Of a stretch of DNA of 64,000 nucleotides, positions 1 through 12,537 are shown piece by piece (the stretch's first letter is position 1; each line of letters opens with the position of its first letter). A program made the position numbers and the translations under genes. Source of the stretch: Paraphysomonas bandaiensis (Eukaryota; Protista; Chrysophyceae); contig CBFFRP010000136.1 in NCBI GenBank assembly GCA_965644295.1, positions 230,905 through 294,904 on the forward strand, in the 5' to 3' direction. A model generated the notes under the pieces. The model was not told the DNA's origin, did not search any database, and worked only from the letters and a program-made list of their open reading frames with translations.

Positions 1-261
1 GAAACCTGCGATAAAACCCTCCGGAAAGAAGAAAACGAATACATCAGGTAGTTGGGATATCGAAGTTGTTCCAAATACCGATTGGGTAGACACAGGAGCG
101 GTTGGAGCTGCGCCTGTACTCAAAGGAAAGCGTAACAGGAAAAGAATTGAAAGTTATAGTTACTAGAGAAGAGTATTCATATATAATAATAATACATACA
201 TGTTGTATTTTATAGTAATATTATTATGATATTATTATACCATATATGACTTAGTCTTGAT

Positions 262-421
262 AATGTAAAAAGGTTTCTTGGAATCGTCATCATTACACAA
301 CATTAATATTCTTCATTACCTCTGTCTAAATTATATCAACAATAAACATGAGGTTTTCATGATGAATTTTTTAAAAAGGCCCAAATTTAGAATTTTTCCC
401 AAGTTTGAAAAAAGTTTGCTT
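262..421. repeat. ~160-bp dispersed repeat, copy 1
   Basis: Near-identical direct copy at 32377-32538 (AATGTAAAAAGGTTTCTTGGAATCG...GTTTGAAAAAAGTTTGCTT). Confidence 0.9.
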
Positions 422-1381
422 CACTACCGGACGGAGTACGTCTACTATCCAGCACCTGAGAGTCATCAGCAGGAGCAGCTAGTTAACCATGGTATTATTC
501 AGGGAGCACCTGATGACTCTCAGATGCTGGGATAGTAGACGTACTCCGTCCGGTAGTCGTACTGGAGGCGTCCCTCGTTCCCGTATATCCAGGAGTGTTC
601 CAAACCTGTACATCTTCTATATGTATAGGTACCTTTTGTTCAATGTGGGTCCTCCCCGCAGTTACAAGTGATCGATATGCCACTATGACTCCCTTTCTTT
701 CCACCACCCTGTTGGTTTTGTATAACAATCCATCGTCATATCGTCGATGTGAAACGTCTTAACCATCCAGGTGCTGATAATTGTCAACGGATTTCGGTTT
801 GGGTTCTGTCTGTACCCATAGTGCATCAATTTCTGTGTAATATTCCTCTGGACGAGAAGGTATTTTCTCGTCTGTAAGTATATGCACACATGTGACTACC
901 TTATATCTGTGGCTGGCAGATATACCTGCTGGTATCCCACTAGGTGTCCAATCTTTAATTTGTCGTCCCAGTCCTTTCGCCTGTCAGCCTTAGGTGTCAA
1001 TATATAAGTTTTACACCCCTATACTCTAAAATATTTTAAACTGGGTGGCTGACCCATGACATACTCGTATGGTGACATGTATCCTCTATATCCGTCCATG
1101 TAGGAAGTCTGATCACGAGCAGCATAATATGCGTCTAACCAGAATGGAACCGGTAGGCCTGACTGCAACAACATCGCCAACGTCATCTCTGATACAGTCC
1201 TGAATTTTTGCTTCCCCACTGCATTCATCTCTGGACTATCTGTTGAAGACCAAGTGTGTTTGTAGCAGCCATGTGACCTCAAATAACTCCTAAGTTCCAG
1301 ATTCACCACCAGCTCTCCTGCTCCATCAGCATGGTAATGATCTATTCTCAGCTTGTACTGCCTAATCTCTCCTTCGAACAC
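422..1381 (-). pseudogene. Degenerate Ty1/Copia integrase core plus INT-RT linker
   Basis: ORF 1019-1381 has YHADGAGEL...SPEMNAV...TLAMLLQSGLPVPFWLDAY...SPYE, a Copia rve integrase signature. It continues with frameshifts into GHLVGY-like and linker segments. Confidence 0.8.
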
Positions 1382-1383
1382 CT

Positions 1384-3131
1384 CTTGATGTTAGCTCGGC
1401 ATTCTGTTACGTGAATTTAGACGAAAAAGTGTACATATATATCCACCGCCTGATGAGGAACTCGGGGACGGATGGTGTTTCCAGTTGATAAATGCATTAT
1501 ACGGATTGCGGTCTTCACCACGTCAATGGAATCGCAACATAGACAAATTCATCAAATCAATGAAATTCAACGCATGTGTTCTTGATACGTGTCTCTATTA
1601 TCGTCGGCACAATGCAAAACTCACATTATTGATATTGTATGTAGACGATATCATAATAGCATCTGTGGACCTTGAGTTTTTAATATTTGTCAAGGACAAC
1701 TCCTGTCATACGTTCGAAATGCGTGACATGGGAGAGTGCGAGAGTTTTCTGAATATTAGGATTACGAGAGGTGAGGATTAGTTCAAATTAGATCAGTATA
1801 AATACGCAGAGAATGTGGTACAGAAATTGGCTATTAGCCCAAAGAACAAAGAAGCACCTCTAACGTCCAATGCACAGGAAATGCTAGCTACAGAAAGAGA
1901 ACTCACAGCAGAACAAGAAAATGGGTATCAACATTTCCATATCGTAATATAATAGGAGCCATTTTATATCTAGCGCTTTATACAAGACCAGATCTTGCCT
2001 ATGCCGTCGGATTGCTGTCGAGATACAGCAGTAATCCTACATACGCATCGTGTCGTTTAGCTATTCATTTATTGAAATATTTGAAGGGCACCACCAGCAA
2101 AGGAATCAAATTCAGTGGGAGTAAGTTTGACTTACATGTATTTAGTGATGCGGACTCTGGGCAGTCGATATACTAACGAGACGTTCAACTACCGGCTATA
2201 TTGTATTCTTATGTGCTGGAGCAATCGCATAGCAGTCCGAACTGCAGACTACAGTTGCAACTTCTAGTATCGAGTCCGAGTATATGGCTGAATATGCGGC
2301 CATGCAAGAACTGGTGTGGCTACGGGGGGTGTTACGAGAGCTAGGACTCGCATTGACGAAGCCAACTCCATTTTTTATGGACAGAAAATCCAGTCTACCA
2401 CAAAAGATCAAAACATATTCAGATAAAGTACCACTAGGTTCAGGAACACATAAATGGAAGGTTTCCTACAGCCAGATAGATTCATGTATCGACTAAGGAT
2501 ATGACGGCCGACATATTTACAAAAGCGTTATCTAAAAAGCTCTTTAAACTCCATGAAGAATCTATCACAGGGGAAAAGAGGAGCATTTCAAATGAAGTTG
2601 AGAAGAATCAGAAGAAGCGGTTCAAGAAAGGTTAAGGGTATGTTTTTAGTGGGTAAGAATCCCACATAACTGTGTTACAGCGATGTGTGATGTACACAGT
2701 ATCTTTATGAAGATTTTCACATCCATTTTATTCTATAAGATGACTAGATGATATATATAGCTGCAGTATAATGACGATTACTCGTTTCTATATTGAGGAG
2801 GAGTGTTGGAATACGTACGGTTCTCTAAGATAGTACTGTAGAATACGTTTAATACAATGTGAAAAACAGTAATGCGTAGTCAATAGTCAAAGGTGCTATA
2901 TAGCTATAACTGTGAAACTGAGCGAAGTATTATATCATGACGATTCAAGATACGGAAGTTGAGCAGTGGTTGACATTACCGAAATAATTTATCATGTTGT
3001 TGACATACATGTGTTACATGACAACACACACAATTGTGTATACAATTATAATAAAGTAATCTATCTAGTTTGACTAACTTAAACTTCTCTTAAAACGATC
3101 TTAATCATCAGAAAATGGTCAATACTCAATA
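1384..3131 (+). mobile_element. Degenerate Ty1/Copia 3' part: RT, RNase H, PPT and 3' LTR
   Basis: Motifs LDVSSAF, ALYGLRSSPRQW, ILYVDDII, TRPDLAYAV, FSDAD and ADIFTKAL, with stops and frameshifts. PPT GAGGAGGAG at 2795-2803. LTR from TGTTGG at 2804 to about CAATA at 3131; the LTR end is inferred. Confidence 0.85.
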
Positions 3132-3450
3132 CGCTACAGGGTCTATGGTGTATTCACTCAATTTAGTGGCCTAGATACCTTGTCAGCACCGAGAAATGAA
3201 GACAGTTTTGCATGTATGGTTGCAGAATTAATAACGTAGTAACGCAATGGAAGTAGTGGTACGATAATCTATAATCTACAGATAATATATAATGATATCA
3301 CACCGGTCGCCAATATACCAGAAATTTCTTATTCCATGTTTGGGGTTTGGACGTTTGGACCCTCAACAAAGTCGGACTCGAACCTTTTCATGATGTTCTG
3401 GGGGATACGTACCGGAGATATTTGGGAAACTAATGTGAGCCGCAAATATA

Positions 3451-3650
3451 GTCAGCAGATGCTTGTGTAGTACAACGGACACCAATAAATGTCACATGCT
3501 CACTGCGTTTGCTGTGAGTGATAGAGCAAAAAGTAGTTACACCTTGGTGCTTCTGGTGACGCACAATCAGCTCTCGTAGCGTTAAATAGTAGGATATCAG
3601 AGGTAAGCACTGATTATTAAATGTCTATTGCTAAAGAGACATTCATTACT
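3451..3650. repeat. Solo arm of the foldback/TIR family seen at 48233-49110
   Basis: CTCACTGCGTTT...GAGTGATAGAGCAAA...GGTGACGCACAA.CAGCTCTCGTAGCG.TAAATAG.AGGATATCAGAG is shared with 48272-48392 and, reverse-complemented, with 48968-49070. Confidence 0.8.
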
Positions 3651-4020
3651 CCCATGTTTGGATACACTTTGGGATTAGTCCGGTCTTACATGTGACATTA
3701 AAATGCCGTATGTTCGACGCTGTATGACTAGGCTTATGAAGATTTTCTTGGGAGTACATATGTGTGCAAACACAAGAGAGAGTTCAACTACTACGTCTAA
3801 CACGAAATCAATCTCACGATGGCAAAGTTGTTACACTGCGCAGACTACCAGGGAGTGATAATTACTCAAACAAACGCAAGCCACGAATAAACTCAAATGA
3901 ATGTAACAGCAGACAAATGATTATCACTGTAGACGGGTGCACATATTACATGTATACTCAGCCTTCAGCAATTTAGACCAGAGTTTCCACTTCACTATCA
4001 ACTCAAGAATATGAATATCT

Positions 4021-4151
4021 GTCTGTGGGAACAAGTCGATCCAGCAAAAAAAACCAGGCTTTTTTAATGCATGTTGTTTTTAGACGAATATATTTCAGAG
4101 AAATGACGAAAAATGTCGATTTTTTTGCTGGATCGACTTATTCCCACAGAC
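4021..4151. mobile_element. MITE-like hairpin element with ~31-bp TIRs
   Basis: GTCTGTGGGAACAAGTCGATCCAGCAAAAAA ... TTTTTTGCTGGATCGACTTATTCCCACAGAC (1 mismatch). Confidence 0.8.
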
Positions 4152-4297
4152 GCTATACCGCTTATATGCAGCTAGGCTTTACGTGCTATATTTCAGTAAT
4201 TTTGGATATACACCCAAAAAAATACTCAAATTTTTATGATTTTATGTGCAGTATTGTGAGGTGTCGTATTTCGGAAAAGTGGTTGAAAAAAAATTTC

Positions 4298-4379
4298 CGA
4301 CTGCTGCAGGATTCGAACCTGCGCGGGAATTTCCCAATGCATTTCGAGTGCATCTCCTTAACCACTCGGACAAACAGTC
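4298..4379 (-). tRNA. tRNA-Ser(CGA)
   Basis: Minus strand GACTGTTTGTCCGAGTGGTTAAGGAGATGCA-CTCGAAA-TGCATTGGGAAATTCCCGCGCAGGTTCGAATCCTGCAGCAGTCG. It has a long variable arm and a T-loop GTTCGAATC, with an oligo-T Pol III terminator at 4286-4293. Confidence 0.97.
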
Positions 4380-4710
4380 ACTTATATTATGTCCTCTAAA
4401 AATAACTAAATATATACTTACAAACTTGAATGTATGGAAGATGAAGAGAGACTGGATGGGGATTGTGGTCATCAATGCTCTCAGTGTTCTGAAAATGCAT
4501 CCACAGTATTCCATATATACCTGTACACACATACAGATGCCCTCTGCACCGCATGGAGTATATATGTATCTGTGCGTGTGGTAGATGTCTATGTAGACGT
4601 GTATGTATGTATGTGTGGGTAGAACTGGAGTGGATTTTATTCTCTGGTCAGATAATTAGAAGCACACACATACACATATATACACACACTGTCATCTGAA
4701 TACTGTCATA

Positions 4711-6650
4711 ATGTCTACAAAAGAAGAAATCACTCTTGCCATTGAAAGCAAAGGGAATGAGATCAAAGATCTTAAGGCTCGCAAGCCCCCTACACTTAAA
4801 GAGGACCTCCAGCCTCTAGTAGCCGAGCTCCTCGCTCTTAAGGCATCCTATAAGGACATCACTGGATTAGACTTTGATCCACCTAAGAAGAAGAAGGTGA
4901 GCACTCCAGTGGAAGCACCGGTTAAAGAGGGACCCAGCAAGAAGGATCTCAATAAGGAGAAGAGGAAAGCGGAGAAGGCTGCTAAGCGTGCGGAAGCTAA
5001 AGCAATGGCTGCATCCACACCAGATGCGAATAATTCACAGGGCGCTCCTGTGGTCGATGAGTCTTTGGCTCATCTCTTTGGAGACCTTCCATTGATTCGA
5101 TCCACAGTCATTACCGACAAGGTTTACAAAGATATCGATGAAATTTCTGAGGATCACGCCGGATTCAACATCTGGGTTCGAGCAAGGGTCCATGCAAATA
5201 GAGCTGTGGGAAAGGGGTGCTTTTTATTGCTTCGTCAGCGCGTGGACTCCATTCAGGCGGTTATGTTCCAGGGCGCGTCTGTCCCCAAGGCGATGGTGAA
5301 GTACGCGACCTCTATCCCAATGGAGAGCGTGGTAGATGTGCTCGCTGAGGTTACTGTCCCTGACGTTCCTATTCAAAGTGCTACTGTTAAGAATTTGGAG
5401 CTAAATGTATTGGAGATTCACGCAGTCTCAAGATCTCAGGAGCTTCCTTTCAATCTTGAGGATGCATCAAGGAACGAGGAACAGGCAGCTGCCACAGGAA
5501 TGCCGATTGTTCACCAGGACACCTCACTCAACTACCGGTGGATTGATACTCGTACTCCCGCTAACCAGGCCATATTTAGAATTCAGTCCGGCGTCTGTCA
5601 GCTATTCAGGGAGTTTCTCACTGCACAGAAGTTCACCGAGATTCACACACCAAAGCTTATCGCGGGTGCCTCCGAGGGCGGCGCCAACTGTTTCACACTG
5701 CAGTACTTCGACCAGTCTGCGTGCCTAGCACAATCTCCACAACTATACAAGCAGATGGTATCCGCATGCGGCGGATTTGACAGAGTGTTTGAGATCGGTC
5801 CCGTCTTTCGCGCGGAAAATTCTAACACCCACAGGTCAGTCTGCCGTTAAGCATTTCAATCATGTGCTCATCCAGCTCTTCTTAGACATCTCTGTGAGTT
5901 CACTGGTATGGACTTCGAAATGGCTATTTACGAGCACTACTACGAGTGCCTAGATGTGAGTTTATGGGTTGCTTGTATTGTATGGTTTCGTTAACTGTAT
6001 GTTGTAGTTAATGGGGGAACTCTTCCACTACATGTTCGATGGTATCAGGGACAGGTTCCACCACGAACTACAGATTATCTCTCAACAGTACCCATTCGAA
6101 CCATTGCAGTACCAGCGCCCACCGCTTCGTTTGACCTACGCTGAGGGCATTGCTCTGCTGCAGGTGACTGTTGCATTGTTCTCGATGTATTGATTTAAAC
6201 TGTGCATAGGCTGCTGGGTCGACTGATGCCTCCGTTGACGATGATCTTAGCACACCTAACGAGAAATGGCTTGGAAAGATTGTTAAGGAGAAGTATGGTG
6301 TTGACTTCTTTATGATGGACAAGTATCCTCTTGCAGTAAGACCATTTTACACAATGCCCGACCCAGAGAACCCTAAGCTCTCTAATTCTTACGACGTATT
6401 TATTCGCGGCGAAGAAATTGTTTCTGGAGCGCAGCGTATCCATGACCCCGATCTTCTTGTTGAAAGAGCAACTAGCCTCGGTGTCAAAGTTTCCTCCATT
6501 CAGAGTTACGTCGACGCCTTCAAGCATGGAGCGGTGCCACATGCTGGTGGAGGAATTGGAATGGAACGCGTTGTCATGCTCTACCTCGGCTTGAAGAACA
6601 TCAGAAAAGTTTCTATGTTCCCCCGTGATCCGTCGAGACTGACGCCGTAA
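4711..6650 (+). CDS. DARS1: Cytosolic aspartyl-tRNA synthetase, 4 exons (introns ~5835-5885, 5955-6007, 6164-6209)
   Basis: OB fold (WVRARVH...CFLLLRQ), [10 protein letters not shown], motif 2 [15 protein letters not shown] across an intron, motif 3 GGGIGMERV, and FPRDP. The N-terminus is WHEP-like. Confidence 0.97.
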
Positions 6651-7276
6651 ACATGATTTTTTTGGTCAGTGCTAGAATAGTTAATATTTTGAGCCTATGC
6701 CATGGAGTTTGCTATTGCAGCTATGATCTATTTAACGGTATTAAGAAAATTATATGATTGACATCATATCGTCCATAGTCAATATACCCTTAAAAGTAGC
6801 TAGGTATCTTGAGTTTGACTGTTTGAGAGCATGAAAGCAAAACTGTATTTGTGAGGTATTGGAATTATGACCTTTACATGAAGAATGCAGTTTTCACTTT
6901 TCACTAATAGTATTACGTAGCCACGAAATGAAAAATGAAATATACATACATTTACTATGTATATAGTTACAGATATCGAATACTAGCGTACATCCATCTA
7001 TTATAAAAATATACTGCGGTGTGTTTGGAGTTCTATTTGTACCTGGTATCTGGCTATAACAAATTTCAGAATTTGGGTTATCAACTGCAACACGATATCA
7101 AGACAATAATTATCTATTAATCCATTTCCATTTCAAAGTACTGATTATATAGTAAGGCTATGGATAAACGCATAGAAACACAACACATTTCTAAAACATA
7201 TGGCAATCAGCTGCATCACGACGAGGAATTTTGTCTGTATGCCACAAACTACCACACACCACAAAATAATTCCGCA

Positions 7277-8651
7277 CTATTTCTTTCCCTTTCCTTTCTT
7301 TTTCTTCTTCTTCGCCTCGGCCTCTTCCAGGGCCTTTCGTTCACGCTCCTTTTCATCTGCAATTGCCTTAAGGCGTTGCTCCATCTCAATCTTTGCCTGC
7401 TGTAACCGTTCCGCCTGATATCTGTGATAAGGACAAAGTAATATGACACCGATGGACTCACCTCAGCTAAGCGCCTGGATTCCGCTCTCTGACAGCGGCG
7501 TTCTTCCAACCAACTTGAGAGCTCTTTTTGCTTCTGCTCCCCCTGCATATACTTCTCAGCGGCTTCAATTATTACAATAATAGCCACACACCTCCTCCTT
7601 ATCGCGCCGGGATTTCTCGACCTGTTCGCTTGCTTCTTGTTGTTGCCGCCTCAAGCGCTCTGCCTCTTCAAACGCAGCCAAGTTGCTATCCAGCTGATTC
7701 GCTACCTTAACTACATCCTTCATATCCATGCCATTGTGGCTTACATCACAAAACAACAATTGCTTATTCTTGCACATGTGACGGGAAAATATACTTCCCC
7801 CGAGCTGACCAGCACCCACTCGCCAGATATTCAGAGACTTAAGACCCGTGTTAACTGCTAAAGACTCGGCAAATGCTGTGAAACCCTGTATATTATTGGG
7901 GTTAACTAGTGGGTTGGAGTCCAATGACAGATAGACCAGCGTGGTGTTTACTGATAAAGATTCACCGAAGGCTGTGCAGGTCAGTGGTCCGAGCTGATTG
8001 TTATCAAGCTCAAGCTTCCTGATCGTATTATTTCTCTTCAACATTCTCGCCAAATAAGATCCAGCATGATCCGATAGATCATTCGACGACAGGTCCAAAC
8101 AGGTAATGGAATTATTCACCCACATAGCCTTCGCAAGAGCTCTTGCACCTACAGAATTAATGTCTAACCGAGCTGACGAGCCCAATAAATTCTCTCTAAC
8201 AAGTTCGATCATCATCCCGATATGATGGTTCTTCGTTACTTCATCTTGTTCTTCTTGAAGCATTTTCTCCATCATCATTCTTCGTCTTTGTAGCCCAGCC
8301 TGCCTTGCAGCCCGACGACGAACTTCTCTTCTAACAAGGCGAGCATTCTCTAGATCCTGTTTAAATTCTTCGTCAAAAGCTTTCTGGAGAACTTCTCTAT
8401 CTGTGTCTGGAAAACCAGTGGTTTTAAGGTTTCTTTTCTCCATCTACAAATTTTAATGTTGAATTAAACTAATGACATTAATCAATACTCACCTCATAAT
8501 ACACGTCCGAATTATTGAGGTTAGCAGCAATTGTGGGACGAAAGGAAGCATCGTCTTCTTCCGTATCGTCAATGTTAGATATTTCATCATCAATATGCTG
8601 ATCCGTCAACCCCTCCAACTCTTCAAACTCTTTCATTAACTTCACGTCCAT
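7277..8651 (-). CDS. Ribonuclease-inhibitor-type leucine-rich-repeat protein with coiled-coil, Lys-rich C-terminus (about 4 exons)
   Basis: Repeats LDLSSNDL, LELDNNQL, LSLDSNPL. ATG at 8651, intron 8444-8492, and the protein ends KKKKKGKGKK*. Confidence 0.8.
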
Positions 8652-9234
8652 CTTACAGTTGTTTGAACACTAATAAGACACAATACTTAACGGTCGAATA
8701 GATCTCAACAGCTGCAAGAATGAATAAGAATAACACCCCTGTATCAGTGAAAGCAATTTACCTGAATAAATCCACAGCCAGCTCCCCAAATACACCTCAG
8801 ACTAACACTAACCTGGACGAGAAATATGGTGCATATATATACATAGATGTGTGTGTGTATGTATGTGTATATGGAGTTACAGTGCTGTAAGATGCTCTTA
8901 CTGTGAAACTGCCATCTTTTTTTCCTAGGTTCCACATATCCTGATTTTTCGATAAATCCTTAGTTTTTATAGAAATATCGTAATATATAGCCATCATTTC
9001 ATGCATCAGTATTTCCTGTATTTCTCTATATAATACAGAATGAAATTACAAACTGAAAAAGAACGATTCAAGATATATTCGTATGGTGTGGTGAGTATAT
9101 GGCCCCAAAAAAACAAATAGATGAAACACACAATGAATGTGTTGAGGCTGCCTTGTATCAGTAATTTGCAAGAGGAGAGGTAGGTGTTCTACATATCAGG
9201 CTGCTTAGACCTTACGTTGATTGTTTAGTTCAAC

Positions 9235-9928
9235 ATGCTAGCTGGTAGACAAAAGATTGTGAAAGCTAATGGCGCTGAGCCAGACGAGTTGGAGGCTCAG
9301 GTTGCTCAGGAACTTCTCAACCTTGAGGTGAGTAACAGCGACCAGCTGCTATTAGTAATAACAATATCTATACGCTTTAGATGTCAGCTAATGAATTGAA
9401 AGCGGATCTTCACGATCTTTATATCTCTGCTGCTCGTGAGGTGGAAGTTGGCGGGGGCCGTAAGGCTATTGTCATTTTCGTCCCTTACAGACAGCTCAAA
9501 GATTTCCACAAAATTCAACCCAGACTTGTTCGTGAGTTGGAGAAGAAGTTCAGGTAATTAGATGTCTGCCCTTGTTGGATCATTTATTCTAATAATGTGA
9601 CACTTTTAGTGGAAGACACGTTGTTATTGTTGCCCAGAGAACCATTCTCCCCAAGACTGTCAACCGCTCTGCTCTCCAGAAGGGTCCCCGTTCTCGCTCC
9701 AGGACTCTGACACATGTTCATGAGCAGATTCTTGAAGACATCGTGTACCCCACTGAAATCGTAGGCAAGCGCACTCGCCATAGGGTCGATGGCTCCAAGA
9801 CCCTTAAGGTGTACCTCAACCCCAAAGACCAGGTCAACGTTGAGACCAAACTCGATACATTCACCTGCGTGTACAACAGCCTTACTCATAAGGACGTTGC
9901 CTTCGAATTCCCTGTGGAGAACCCATAG
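9235..9928 (+). CDS. RPS7: 40S ribosomal protein S7 (eS7), introns 9328-9380 and 9554-9609
   Basis: [44 protein letters not shown]. Confidence 0.97.
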
Positions 9929-10247
9929 ATGAATTGGCTAGCTATGTCTGTGTTTTAGCACACTCCTCTTGCTTAAATTAATCAGATACTTTCATAATTT
10001 GGGCGTATGCTGTTTGCTTCACCATATTTCTTGCAACTCAGATAAGTTTGTAAAGTAAAATGAGACCATTTAAAAGTAGATTATTCAAATGATTTAGTTA
10101 TGTTGTTAAATATGCAGTCATAATCTGATTTAATTTAAGCAGGAATTAATCTACGAAGTGGGGCCTTATATCTCATAGCAATAGCTATTTAAAGACCGTA
10201 TAATGCATAAATGTATACTGCCCTAACCTAAGACCAAGCATAGTAAT

Positions 10248-10345
10248 CAGGGCTGCATAACAATTAATTGTCAGTTATTTATAGTTGCAATTATCATCTG
10301 TCCCTATTTCAATTATTGCAATGACATAATTGACAATTAATTGTT
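10248..10345 (+). mobile_element. hAT left-end remnant
   Basis: CAGGGCTGCATAACAATTAATTG resembles the TIR and subterminal motifs of the hAT copies at 40236 and 57233. Confidence 0.65.
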
Positions 10346-10662
10346 GCTCGTGTTGGAATACGTAGAATGAAATAACAATGCTGATTCTGCCATATTCTAA
10401 TAGATTCTTTGTTACTAAGTAGAGAGATATCGTGAAGTGGAAGCCTTCAATAATGCCGACGGCGACAACCCAGTCGATTAAAAAAGTCTCAAATGAGGGT
10501 ATTACACTAAAATACGTGATAGAAGTAGAAAGTCACTGTAATTTATATAATTAGAAAATGTCTGGATTAGAAGATTGGGTTGTAGCCTAATTTAGCTATG
10601 CTTCTTAACAACAATAGCTACAATTCGCTAACATGATTGACACCTACAAATATTTAACTTTG

Positions 10663-12537
10663 TCATGAAGTAGTTCTGAAAGACAGAAACTGTCGCAATG
10701 GACGCTTGGCTAAATACCCCTGCGGGCCGCTAAATATTTCCAAGTCTTCATCTGAGAGAGATAATTCCTGATAGATACAAGTTAAAATACAGAAACGAAT
10801 GACATTGACATACTCTGAATTCCCAGGTAAAAGTTAAGCTATCGTCGCCAACGCTACTTTGGCACTGTGGCTTTCTGGCTGCACGCATGAATTCATCCAA
10901 GGCCGTACGGATCTCATTTGTTATCAAGACCAATGTTGAATCGTTACAGATCTGGTCACCAAAATCAGATTGAAAACACGGCAGAGTAAGGCCGGTCTGA
11001 TGCACTTACCACATTGAGAACTCGCAAAATTGGTAGTACAGAGTCTGTCTGGTAGAAACAATCGGATAGCACCACCAGATCTGGCGACAACAACTTAAGT
11101 TCTTGGATACGGGGTTCCTGACTTTTATCTTTCAATGACCAGTCAAACTCCACTACTCGAGATGGTCCGTCATCGCATCCAGTCAAAAGTGCAAGGTTCT
11201 CTCTCAGGACCCCCGCAAGGTTTGGTCGGTCGACAGCAATCACATCCCACCCGCAAAGACTCAGAACGGCGCTTGTGAGCCCGCACCCAGCGCCAAGATC
11301 CACCGCTACAGCGCGATCGCCTTCCACAGGTCGCGCATCATTATTTCTCTGATGAATTAATTCCCGAATAGCCCCAAGAGATGGGTAATGTAACAAGAAC
11401 CTACATGTTACACTGTTAATCTACGTCTAATTTGAAAACGATGACGGATAGGTACCTAGACGTCACAACAGAACTCGCCCATAGAACCGCCCCTATGCTC
11501 CCTGCACTTCCATTCTCTTCATTACTACGTACCAGTTGCTTGATAGTAAGAGTACGCTTGGCTAGATTTTGTCCAGCCAATTGTGGCACCAAGCAATGCG
11601 CTGATACTACCGGTAAGGTGTCACCCCAGCTGGTCATTTGCAGTCGACCCATTGTATTATCTTGTTCCTCGCATGTGACAAACGTTACTTCCCACAACTC
11701 TATATCATCAGAGCAGTAGTATGCGTCATGATCACCCAGGGGGATAGTGCGGACGCACAATCCATGCTCAGCTGCCAGCCGACGAAACTCCTGCAGCAGT
11801 TACACAACATAAAAGTTAAGTAAATTCTTCAATAGTTCATACATACATGTCTCGGATCATAAGAAGGGTAAGTCCGATGTTCGTAAGAAAAAATTGCGGT
11901 GCTACTTTCGTCCATGACTGCTTTAACTGCCTGTAACATGCGCGTATGAGTCACGTCAATAATACGCATGTAAGCGGACCAGTATCAATGGCTCTATAGG
12001 ATACAGTTTCGGGAGAACACAATCAGATACCAATACAACATCAAACGGGGGATTCAGCTGATCTACTGGTCCACCCCATTCATATTCACGATAAACAACA
12101 TCAGCTTCATCATTGCCGATGCTGTTTCGGTATATATCTATGTTGCTCTCAAGCAAGTTTCGAACAGAACTTTGATCACTTAAGACAACAGACGCACCTA
12201 AAGCACAAGCAGCAAGGCCAACGCATCCTGTTCCACTACCAATATCAATCACCCTCTTTGAATTCAACCCACCATTTCCAAAGCGTTTCTCTAAGTACTT
12301 GACCAGTACATGAGCTGCAGGCCAAACAACAGCACCAGTGCCTATACCCTTGAGCTCACCATTGTCAATCTGATTGAACGACATCTTCCTTCTATCATTC
12401 AATTCTATTTCATAGATAGGAGAGTTCTGAAATCGCTGTCGCCATTGCAGGCTATTGGCTGCACGCTGAGCCCGCCCGCTCTTCATCCTCACCGCTCCAT
12501 CTCGAAACATGCTCGTTATATCAGGAGCACTCGCCAT
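10663..12537 (-). CDS. Protein with two tandem METTL21/Methyltransf_16-type lysine methyltransferase domains (about 6 exons)
   Basis: Domain 1: GTGAVVWPAA, VIDIGSGTG, EWG, VSDC. Domain 2: SIGAVLWASS, VDLGAGCG, FDW, LSDC. Short GT-AG introns join the two without an intervening stop. Confidence 0.75.

Noticed and set aside
3499-3602. Repeat as a hammerhead ribozyme or snRNA
   Set aside because: No CTGATGA/GAAA core or Sm site in the proper context. The inverted-pair arrangement at 48-49 kb fits TIRs better.
4025-4622. ORFs overlapping the tRNA and MITE
   Set aside because: Explained by tRNA-Ser, the MITE and low-complexity promoter DNA. No protein signature.
10351-10633. Possible solo LTR starting TGTTGGAATACGTA, like the LTR at 2804
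   Set aside because: Similarity is limited to 14 bp, and no TSD or defined end could be found.
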